21,658 nucleotides of DNA, taken from Veleropilina oligotropha (lineage: Eukaryota). A program made the position numbers and the translations under genes. Of the stretch, positions 1-9,147 are shown piece by piece (position 1 is the stretch's first letter; each line of letters starts with the position of its first letter). The notes beneath the pieces were generated by a model, which searched no databases, was not told the origin of the DNA, and was given only the letters and a program-made list of their open reading frames with translations. Where the stretch lies: contig JBEUKZ010000030.1 of NCBI GenBank assembly GCA_048128005.1, positions 124,001 through 145,658 of the forward strand, written 5' to 3'.

Positions 1-2
1 TT

Positions 3-218
3 TTCATTCAGGAGCTCAACTATTCGGATAAACGAGTAAAAGACCAATACATGCTCAGAGAATTCAATGTAGTGTTAAAGTGTCCCAGGAATGTAACAAT
101 CCTCCGCGCCCTTGACCAGCGCGATTTCAGAGTCTTGGCAAATGACCCGGTTCATTGGACTATGGAGACCGCAATTAAGTACTACTCTCATTGGCTGACC
201 TACCTAGATTTAAACTAG
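3..218 (+). pseudogene. C-terminal part of an upstream ORF1 of the Penelope-like element, SGNH/GDSL hydrolase-like
   Basis: Frame +3 is open from the window edge to TAG at 216-218: FIQELNYSDKRVKDQYMLREFNVVLKCPRNVTILRALDQRDFRVLANDPVHWTMETAIKYYSHWLTYLDLN*. The DxxH motif followed by a terminal helix resembles SGNH block V. Not listed in the supplied ORF track. Confidence 0.62.
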
Positions 219-239
219 ATACGGTTAAGGGAACTAACC
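209..239 (+). promoter_or_regulatory. Candidate -1 programmed ribosomal frameshift signal
   Basis: TTTAAAC at 209-215 is in the correct X XXY YYZ phase of ORF1 and directly precedes its stop. A 7-nt spacer is followed by stem GGTTA(223-227)/TAACC(235-239). The -1 frame continues LDTVKGTNQPKAELGTNNIINLTG. Confidence 0.6.
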
Positions 240-2088
240 AGCCCAAGGCAGAGTTAGGGACTAACAACATTATTAACTTAACCGGGAGCGCAGTTCTTCT
301 GAGACCCCTCGGCTCGCTCGTGGCCTAAATTACCAACACCAAAACCAAAAAACAGGTTTAGATTATGCTTTAGATAATGGATTTTTAGAGGTCTCTGAAT
401 TTTATCACCAATTAACGGTAACAGATCACTTTCGTAAATGTCCAATAAACAGAGATAAACTTCCATTCACTGCTCCAATCGAATTTTCAGTTTCTAGTGA
501 TAAAGTTAATCCCATAATTAACAAAATTGTCACAGAAACTCGAGTCGATGTACGAAATATGAACAAAGTCAACGATAAACAAAATCTAACTTTCGAAGAG
601 CGTAAATCTCTCGTAAACCTAAAAAAGGATGAGGATATTGTAATCAAACCAGCTGAAAAAGGTTCTGCAACAGATCTGTTAAAACGAGATAATTACATCA
701 GAGAAGCCGAAAGGCAGTTAAAGAAAACAAAACACTACCGACAAATTGACGAGCCCATCTGGCCTAATAATCGTGATAACTTCAATAATGTCTTGCATTC
801 TTTAAAAGATACAGGTGCACTTACCAAAAAACAATTTGACTACCTCTTTGCTCAACAGGCAGCCGGACGAGGGTCGGTCTAATTAATGGTGCTAAAAACA
901 GAAAGTTTTACCTGCTTCCCAAAATTCACAAACCAGTTGATAAATGGACCGATGAGTTTACGCCACCCGGCATACCGATTGTATCAGACTGTGTATCCGA
1001 GTCATATCACATATCTGAATGCATTGACTATTTCCTTAAACCAATTGCCAATCGTCATGATAGCTACGTTAAAAACACATATGACTTTCTTGCTCATTGA
1101 ATAGAATTAACCTTCAGCAAAGATGCTTTTCTTGTGACACTGGACGTCGATGCGATGTACACTAACATCGACATCGACGCTGGCCTAAAAGCTGTTAATA
1201 TGCATTTGAAAGGTACCCTGATCCACATAGACCAGACCGAGAAGCCTTAAAACTGCTTGAACTGAATTTGAAAAACAATGATTTTGAGTTTAATGGTAAA
1301 TAATATCCACAAATCATAGGCTGTGCGATGGGTAAAAATTTCTCACCTAACTTTTCTTCAATTTACATGGCTGAATAGCATGAATGGGAGTACAATGCTC
1401 TTGACAAAGCGGAGAAACAACCCCCAATGTACACACGTTACCCTGACTATATCTTTATGATATGGGAACACACAGAGGATGACTGTTGGAAGTTCTTCGA
1501 TGTGTTAAACAACCATGACTCTAACATAAAGCTGAAAGCCGAAATTAGCCAAGAATCAGTTGACTTTCTAGATGTTACCATTTATAAAGGCAAACGCTTC
1601 GCAGACTCAAATTCAATTGACTACAAAGTTTATTTCAAACACACTGGCACTCACGATTTGTTACATGCTAAATCATTTCAACCCCTCATACTTTTGAAGG
1701 AGTGGTTAAATCTCAAATTATCCGTTTCCTTCGCAACTCCAGTGACATGAATAACTTTAACGATACCTGTCGCACATTATTTGATGCACTAAAACCGCGA
1801 GGCTATTCGGCCCGCAAACCACGTGAAATCAAATCTAAAACTTTGCGATATATCAGATCAAATGCTAAAGAAAAACTTTTGAACTTCCAACCTGCTAAAT
1901 TTGAACATGATAAAGTGATTGTTGGCAACGGAAGCGTTTACAAATGTGGTAAATCTCGTTGTAAATTTGACCAGTTCATTAACAATCGACCAACATTTCT
2001 AAGTGAACAAACCAAGATAAATTACAACATGAAATCTAATCATAATGGCGATTCAACCAATGTGATATATATGATGTCATGTACGTAA
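209..2088 (+). pseudogene. Disrupted RT / GIY-YIG ORF2 of the Penelope-like element
   Basis: ORF-track fragments 559-882, 1427-1750 and 1702-2088 plus intervening frames carry the PLE RT, thumb and endonuclease-start motifs. The catalytic YxDD has decayed to YPDY. Confidence 0.9.
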
Positions 2089-2098
2089 ATATATGATG

Positions 2099-2440
2099 TA
2101 CGTACGTCCGTCCCTCCCTCCCTACCTCCCTCCCTCCCTCCCTCCCTCCCTCCATCCATCCATCCATCCAATTCCATCCATCCATCCATCCATCCATCCA
2201 TCCATCCATCCATCCATCCATCCATCCATCCATCCATCCATCCATCCATCCATCCATCCATCCATCCATCCATCCATCCATCCATCCACCCATCCATCCA
2301 TCCATCCATCCATCCATCCATCCATCCATCCATCCATCCATCCATCCATCCATCCATCCATCCATCCATCCATCCATCCATCCAACCATCCATCCATCCA
2401 TCCATCCATCCATCCATCCATCCATCCATCCATCCATCCA
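2099..2440. repeat. Compound tetranucleotide microsatellite: TACG, TCCG, (TCCC)n, (TCCA)n
   Basis: (TCCC)n at about 2111-2150 and (TCCA)n at about 2151-2440 with a few variant units. It explains the spurious MDGW/HPSI ORFs. Confidence 0.98.
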
Positions 2441-2442
2441 TG

Positions 2443-2470
2443 TCATACTATCATACTATCATACTATCAT
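2443..2470. repeat. (TCATACTA) x3.5 octamer repeat
   Basis: tcatacta tcatacta tcatacta tcat, read directly. Confidence 0.95.
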
Positions 2471-2512
2471 TGTGTCCTTGACAATAATGAGTATTCGAAG
2501 CCAAATGCCTAC

Positions 2513-2669
2513 CAGCCATCTGCATGATATACGCCAGTATGTCCTTTGGTATGTAATCCCCTGCTTTCATTGCCTGTATCCTATCGTTTACGATGCCTTG
2601 TCCAGTTTCTCTCAATACGTGTATGGCTTTTCTTACTTTTGAACGATATTTCATTCTAAAAGGGTTATG
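2513..2669 (-). CDS. CYP46A1-like: CYP46A1-like cytochrome P450 exon (G/H-helix region)
   Basis: Acceptor ttttgcag|CATAAC, donor GCTG|gtagg. 157 bp encoding [52 protein letters not shown], similar to the CYP46A1 segment VRESIRFLRQVG...VPADILTQIL as I recall it. Confidence 0.9.
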
Positions 2670-2944
2670 CTGCAAAAATATCACAGAAAATCTATAATGG
2701 AAAACTCGTTACAATGTTGCAAAAGGTTGACAAGGTTGATTGAGATTAAATTTTTACTCCAAAACGGTCAGCCAGCCGGACGGTCGACTCACTTCTGGAG
2801 GTGGTTCCAACCTAAAAACAAAATATAGAAATTTGGGAGATGATCTCCATTAATATTTTTCCGAAAATATTTTCCAAAGTAATAAAATGAAATTCAACAA
2901 TGTTAATTTTGTACAGGATACACCCCTCCTCCGATTAAAGTTAC

Positions 2945-4251
2945 AACAAGAGCTAAAGCTCGAAATGGCTCGCATGCGTGGAACAGCGCATCAATCACTT
3001 ATATTTCATGAGTATTTTGTCTATATTTAATAGTAGATGACATTGTCAATTTGAAATAGACACATAACGAATATTTAAAGTTGTATAAATCAAAATTTTC
3101 TAAGTCCAAAATGGCTATTTATATGCAGAATTTCAATTAAATTGCTTCCAATATTTATACTCTAGGGTTAGATGACAATGAAATAGTGATATCTGACAAA
3201 GGAAGATGCCAAAGTATGCCTATTGTTGCATATATAGCATGCTTGAGAAGCTTTAACGCAGCTTGACCCAGGAACAGGCTGCTGTAGTGACCCAACACAT
3301 CTTTGGTATATGAAGAACGCACACATCAAGTTGCGTGTCCCTCGGTCAAATAGTATGGGAGATATGGAGCGGAAGGTAATTTTGGATGAGTGCAGTCAAA
3401 TGTGGAAAGTAGGTCACAGTGACCTACTTTTGGTACGTGACACAGTTTTGGGTTATGATGCATACAAATCAAGTTTCGTGTCCCTAGGTCAAATAGCATG
3501 GGAGATAAGGAGTGGACAGGAATTTCGGACCAAATGCAGATACGCATGAAAAGTAGGTCGTGGTGACCTACTTTTGGAATGCGACACACCTTTGAGTTAA
3601 GATACATGCACACATCAAGTTTCGTGTCCCTAGGTCAAATAGTATGGGAGATATGGAGCGGAAGGGAATTTTGTACAAAGTGCGATCAAGCGTGAAAAGT
3701 AGGTCAGGGTAACCTACTTTCGGTACTCGACACACCTTTGGGTTATGACGCATCCATACATTAAGTTTCGTGTTCATAGACCTAGACCGACAGACAGACA
3801 AGCTGACTCCTATTTGCCCCCCCCCTAAACTTCATTTGTGAGGGCACAATTATCGTCATCAACATTATTTATTAATGGTCAGATAACAATGAAATAGTGA
3901 TATCAAACATATTGTAATGCTAAAACATGCATATTGTTGCTTATATAGCATGATTGAGAAACTTTAAGTCCAAAAGCAACATTTATAGTGAAATTCGAAG
4001 GAAATTACCTTCAATATTATTTATTTAGTGTGAGGTAAGGATGAAATAGTGATATCTAGCATATAGAAATGTTAAAACAAGCATATTGTTGCTTATATAG
4101 CTTGATTGAGAAACTTTAGCCAAAACCTTTATCCTGAGAACCAATTGTTGACGCCGGTGGATGGCCGGCCGGCCTGACAGACGAACGGACGAACGGCCAG
4201 ACGACATGCTCATTACATAGACTCGCATTTGCGTTGCATGCGGGCCAAAAA
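2945..4251 (-). mobile_element. Non-autonomous Helentron-type (HINE/DINE-1-like) element
   Basis: One end is AACAAG plus hairpin GAGCT-AA-AGCTC and subterminal IR TGGCTCGCATGC (2966-2977). The other end has a (GACG/GACA)-type microsatellite, the partner IR GCATGCGGGCCA (4236-4247) and AAAAA. Internal diverged units ATGAAATAGTGATATC...TATTGTTGC(T/A)TATATAGC occur at about 3178, 3889 and 4041. Confidence 0.8.
3270..3850 (-). mobile_element. Second Helentron-type fragment with ~145-bp tandem units, nested in the previous element
   Basis: About 3.5 units with AAGTAGGTC at 3407, 3551 and 3697, each containing the palindrome AAAGTAGGTC-n-GACCTACTTT. It ends in (GACA)n and a C-run/G-run hairpin-type terminus at about 3788-3848. 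Confidence 0.75.
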
Positions 4252-4844
4252 CCAAATCACGCTATGCATGAAGAATGGTAGAGACTTCTCATCGAAAGTG
4301 CAGACGTTTCGTCAAATATGTAAGCAATTATTTATCTAAATTGCATGCGATGTGCCATTATTTTAAAATAGTAAATTAATTATAATGTTGCAGATCAACC
4401 TTCCACAATTCCCAAGTTAACATCGGCAGTGCCCAACTTGACGAAATTTCTTTCGGCGAAATGTTCGTTACCCATAATAAAAACGGACTCGGTTTTATTA
4501 TTTTTCACTTTTAATTCACAGGTTCTATAGATTTTTTGGTGAAAATTGCAAAGATTATAACTTCGTCAAACTGGCAAAACTACATTTACTGTCTAGGGTT
4601 TAAAATTAAAACAAAGACGGTTGTTGCAATATCGCATGGTCGTCGTCAAGGGTAGCAATGTCCCGGATATTCAATGTCACAAACATCTTTCCACGTTTGA
4701 TGAACATTGGATGACAACTGGTTATTGACAGTACAAACTGTTGCCGCTCGTCAGCTTTACCACCAGCCCACCCAAATGTAGGTGAAAACATAATAATGTC
4801 CATTAAACTGATGTTGTTGAAGAAGCTTCAGAAAATATACTCAC

Positions 4845-4955
4845 GGCCAGAAACGGATCCTTTCCGTATTCGCTGAGTCCTTTAAATGCAGTGGCAATAG
4901 CTTCACAGAAAGGTGTTGTTTCATTAACGCTGTTGATATCCATTCCAAATGCCAC
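4845..4955 (-). CDS. CYP46A1-like: CYP46A1-like exon (E-F region)
   Basis: Acceptor cacag|GTGGCA, donor GCC|gtgagt. 111 bp, phase 0-0, encoding VAFGMDINSVNETTPFCEAIATAFKGLSEYGKDPFLA. Confidence 0.92.
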
Positions 4956-5376
4956 CTGTGTTATATATATTAAACTACTTCACTTTACATTTAAAATACC
5001 ATAGGTCGAATGAATATCACCAAATTACTATGATTTTTAGTTCACAATCCGCCTGTTCTTGTTTCGGTCATCGTTGTCTATATTTGAGTGTCCGTCAACA
5101 TTGTTGCTATGCCTCTTAATCTTCTCCTTCATCAATAGTGGTGTGTGCTTGTATTGCTCGTCATGAATGGCGTGCCGTTCAGGGATGATTTTAAATTACG
5201 ATAAATTGTGCCCAATCAGTTTCTGGGTGGGCGACCACAGAAGACACTATTGTTCGGAGAGAGACGTTAAACCTCGAGTACGACTGCGATATCGGTTTAA
5301 CAGTGGCTTTAACTCGAGCAAGATATTCAATCAGTCTTTATTTTTACATTAACTGGCTTCAGCAGATACGTCTTAC

Positions 5377-5515
5377 CTTTCCGATTACATCAAGTGCTAC
5401 TTGAGTGAACTCTTTGTGCATCAAAACCTCCGTTTGTCCATTTGCCACCTTGGATAATTTCAGCATGAGCTGATCGGTAATCTCATTAAAACTCCCCATT
5501 TGTTCCATCAAAAAT
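5377..5515 (-). CDS. CYP46A1-like: CYP46A1-like exon (D/E helices)
   Basis: Acceptor tatag|ATTTTTG, donor AAG|gtaag. 139 bp, phase 2-0, encoding FLMEQMGSFNEITDQLMLKLSKVANGQTEVLMHKEFTQVALDVIGK. Confidence 0.93.
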
Positions 5516-5847
5516 CTATAATAATCACGATTTTGAAATGTATAGTAATTTATAAATGTATACGCATCAAAACCGTATTTCGAGGGATAGCATGAAGTAA
5601 CGAAACAGAATAGAAATAATCATTATTATATCCGTCATTATTTTAAATAAGCAAAGGTAGATTCGAATTCTTTATCTACATTCCGGTCATAATATAAGGA
5701 AAGTATTCGCACTTCGATAATCAGAAAAGCACATCTGCAGTAACGCACAAAATTGTCAACCGTAACGAGGTATATGGTTTAGCGTTTGCAGAATGAGATG
5801 GCAGTTATGTATAAGCTGAAGCAAAACAAGTTCACGTAAGATAGTAT

Positions 5848-6237
5848 GATGATATGTCACGAGCACCGTATCTAATGTGACCATGGCACAGCCTTTTGCC
5901 AGAAACCTACGATTCTTCCCCGATGTCGGAGAAGCTGAGACGCCGTACGATTATCCTCCATCGCACGGCCACCGGTGTATTTATGACATAGGCATTATGT
6001 AACCACAAGGTATCCAAACGGTATGCCTGCGATGATTTCCTGAATTTCAAAATCGTACGATCTTCTATAAATTATAACTCCGCGTTAAAAGTTGCCGATG
6101 ACCCTACGATGCCCCCAAAATCTGTGAAAAAGTCAACGATGTCCGCAGGATGTCGCCGAGGTCCGTATAACATCTTCAAAAACACACATCGTACGGGCGC
6201 CGTATCCGATAACCATGTATTTGTGACATAGGCATTA
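5848..6237. mobile_element. MITE, possibly PIF/Harbinger-like, with a duplicated right terminus
   Basis: TGTATTT(A/G)TGACATAGGCATTA occurs at 5976-5997 and 6216-6237. A degenerate inverted copy TATGTCAC lies near 5853. The interior is CpG-rich with repeated CGTACGAT/CGATG motifs and ends in TTA. Confidence 0.55.
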
Positions 6238-6660
6238 CTGACGTGATATTAAATGATACCATCTGACCTAAAGTTATCTCAAATTATGTGGCCGTCTGAC
6301 CTCATTTAGGCATACGAACAAAGAATTTTAGGTGATTGAACTATTTCACAGTTTCAAGAAACCGCCACTGCAGATTAGAAATTAGCAATTTTACATAAGT
6401 AATCCAATCGAAAGATCTTGGTCAAATTAATTTGCAATAAGAATTTGATAGACATAATTATGGTCGACCCAGGAGTTTTTGAAACTCACGAAATATGATG
6501 GTGAATAAATTACTTCGCGAGTGCGAATATAATTTTTCATTTATGAAAAGTAAAAAAATATGAAAATTGTAAAGCCCATTATTTAAAGATGTCGAATTTA
6601 CTGACATATATTAAGCGATAACGATTCAATGAAAAAACATATAACTTATAATATTTACAT

Positions 6661-7140
6661 TTAACGTTATACTGGGGCGGCGAGTTTGATACGTACGTTT
6701 ATCCTGTGAGCTTTGAAAATATCACACGAGACGAAGTCTAGTGTGATATTGTCATAGCGAACAGGATAAACGTACGTATCAAACGAGAAGCCACGGGGTA
6801 ACATTTTTATTTTCATTTTATTTTTAAAAATATCTAACTGTATATGCCTGTCAATGCTGAAAAATGACTAAGCAATGAATAACGTCATGCAAAATAACCT
6901 GGATATTTGAAAAGCTGAGGAAAAGTTTAATCATATATGAATATACATTCATGTATATGATTGAATCTCAGAGAAATACTTGAAAACACTTGATTATCTC
7001 CCGCAGAAGCGAATGACGTCCAGCAGACGACGTGTAGTTTTATACGAAAACGTAGAGTTTGACATGAGTATTTGTCAAACTCCACGTGACGTCATTTTGA
7101 CCAATCAGACGTCGCGGATTTCGCGAAATGAAAATAATAT
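6661..7140. mobile_element. Hairpin-bearing interspersed repeat (Crypton-like non-autonomous), copy 1
   Basis: Perfect 24-bp stem at 6684-6707 / 6761-6784 around ATATCACACGAGACGAAGTCTAGTGTGATAT. It ends with CCAATCAG...AAAATAAT. The family call is from general resemblance only. Confidence 0.7.
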
Positions 7141-7152
7141 TTTATTACTTAC

Positions 7153-7239
7153 TTGCTTCCGAATGCCGGGTTCATGATGGTTCTGTGCGATGACCATGTC
7201 GCGTTGTCTAATTCAGATGCAAGGCCACGTCCGAAGAAC
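7153..7239 (-). CDS. CYP46A1-like: CYP46A1-like exon (C-helix, WxxxR)
   Basis: Acceptor ttttcag|GTTC, donor GCAA|gtaagt. 87 bp, phase 2-2, encoding FFGRGLASELDNATWSSHRTIMNPAFGSK with the P450 WxxxR motif (WSSHR). Confidence 0.93.
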
Positions 7240-7372
7240 CTGAAAAGAAACATTGCCGATGCATCCACTTATTACTCGTAATTCCCGACAGGGACTTCGC
7301 CCGAGATAATACGGACATATCCAGATATGACCCGGAATTCATTACCATGGTGTTGAAAAGAGATATTTAACG

Positions 7373-7838
7373 ACGTTTATCCTGTGAGCTCTGGAAATAT
7401 CCCACGAGACTAAGTCGAGTGTGATATTGTCATAGCTCACAGGACAAACGTACGTATCAAACGAGAAGCCGCAGGGTAACGTTTTTATTTTCATTTTATT
7501 TTTAAAAATATCTAACTTTATATGCCTGTCAATGCTGAACAATGATTAAGCAATGAATAATGCCATGTTAAATTGCACCTTACGGGTTATACTAAGCGCA
7601 AAATAACCTGGATATTTGAAAAGCTGAGGAATAGTTTAGTCATATACATGATTGAATCTCAAATAAATACTTCAAAACACTTGATTACTAGTATCTCCCG
7701 CAGAAGCGAATTACGTCTAGCAGACGACGTGTAGTTTGATACGAAAACGTATAGTTTGACATGAGTATTTGTCAATCTTCACGTGCCGTCATTTTGACCA
7801 ATCAGACGTCGCGGATTTCGCGAAATGAAAATAATATT
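7373..7838. mobile_element. Hairpin-bearing interspersed repeat, copy 2 (direct orientation)
   Basis: Highly similar by eye to 6695-7140, with small indels. Confidence 0.85.
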
Positions 7839-8374
7839 ATTTAAGCATCGATTTAAACCAAGCCACGTATAGTTTTCTGATGCATTCAACAGGTGGAGTT
7901 ACTTAAACAATGAAAGTGTCATATTATTGTAATATTGTAAAAGATCTTAACATACGTTTTTTGCGATCATACTATCTTTTAGCATTGTAATTTACTTAAA
8001 TGCGCATTATGGAAATTTGCATAACACCGAGTTGGCGTATTCGGGAATTTCGTTTGTCTTTTCATCATTATTTTTATTTGCGAATTAGAATCCAAACCCT
8101 CGTCTTTGCAAACTGTAAGACTTAAGTAAATGTCTTTATCTACTAAACGGGAGGTGTCCTTTTCATACACACCATGGGGTTGTTTATGTGAACAAAAGGC
8201 AGCCTAGTGTTAATTGACCGATTGTTTCCAGACAATGGTTAACTCAGCTAGCTGCCCAGACTACATTGAGCGACAATAATATTATATAATCTCATATCAT
8301 GCTCTAGAAGGCGATATGGTGGGCAATTGAATGTTTTAAGGAGTTACAGCTTGCAATTTACAATAGATTTCCAC

Positions 8375-8510
8375 GGTGTGTATAACAGATATTACAGTTG
8401 TCATCCATTGGCGTTATAAACATAACAGCCTCGTTCTCACTCGGGTCTGTTATGTGTGTATAACGCTCAGGCTGGCAGTGTATTATATATTACATATCAG
8501 AACAACCAAT
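8375..8510. repeat. Imperfect hairpin element of similar (Crypton-like) design
   Basis: GCGTTATAAACATAACAGCCTCG-loop-CTCGGGTCTGTTATGTGTGTATAACGC followed by a CCAAT motif. Confidence 0.45.
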
Positions 8511-8679
8511 GAATTGATTATTTGGATGAATCGAAGTTCATTCTTGGATATATCCCCATATCGGCAGCAACAGAGCGGTAATTAATAAAGGGCCTACAAT
8601 ACTTTTCTCGTAAGTTAACAATTGTTAGCTATTTTCTGTTTAAGAGTTTAGAGAATAGAACGGTGATAACCAGTATTAC

Positions 8680-8756
8680 CTTGTGCCGAAGACATATTGA
8701 ATACCTTCAAAGGCTTCTTTACTCTTGCCATAGCCTCCATCAGTTACGAGAATTTT
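8680..8756 (-). CDS. CYP46A1-like: CYP46A1-like exon (B/B' region)
   Basis: Acceptor cattcag|AAAATT, donor CAAG|gtaat. 77 bp, phase 0-2, encoding KILVTDGGYGKSKEAFEGIQYVFGTR. Its phase matches the next exon. Confidence 0.88.
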
Positions 8757-9147
8757 CTGAATGAACACATAATTTTTAGGTTAGTGAGGAAATAGTGAAA
8801 AACATAATTAATATGATCAATGTTTTACAAGTTTTTTTGGCATATTATATTTATGGTTAAACATTGCACCAGAAATACTGTTATACATGATAAAACAGAC
8901 AAGGTTATCGTACCTGTAGCAATGTGTTCCTATTACAAATGAATCGGAAAACTATCAGCAGTATTGGTCGAATTCGACAGGATTAGATTACACGGCGCAT
9001 TACTGTAGCATAAAAGATATCAATATTGTTACATGCTTATTTTTATCCCCGCACCTCGCACACGGTCACCTTCAAGTTATTATGTCCATACAATGAGTAA
9101 AATATTCTGGTGTAAATTAGCTCAGGTGTTTTTTGGAGTACATACTA

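Larger units (their letters stand above)
1..2105 (+). mobile_element. Decayed Penelope-like retroelement (Neptune-type architecture: RT, Cys linker, GIY-YIG), cut by the window edge at 5' and truncated at 3'
   Basis: Motifs in shifting frames: NNIINLTG...LARGLNY (PLE N-terminus), DIVIKPAEKGS (IKPADKG), FYLLPKIHK...PPGIPIVSDC, FLVTLDVDAMYTNID, GCAMGKNFSPNFSSIYM, RYPDYIFMIW (decayed RYxDD), VDFLDVTIY, VYFKHTGTHDLLHAKSFQP, CGKSRCK linker and [10 protein letters not shown] (start of GIY-YIG). Many stops and frameshifts. Confidence 0.93.

Noticed and set aside
1..2105. Hammerhead ribozyme or selenocysteine recoding, known from some Penelope-like elements
   Set aside because: I saw no CTGATGA...GAAA core with proper stems. 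The stops are mixed TAA/TAG and accompanied by frameshifts, consistent with decay. The terminal repeats are not in the window.
2036..2527. Long ORFs of MDGW / HPSI repeats
   Set aside because: Translation artefacts of the (TCCA)n microsatellite.
5130..5290. Possible SINE-like remnant ending in GAGACGTTAAACC
   Set aside because: No A/B boxes, TSD or second copy in the window to support it.
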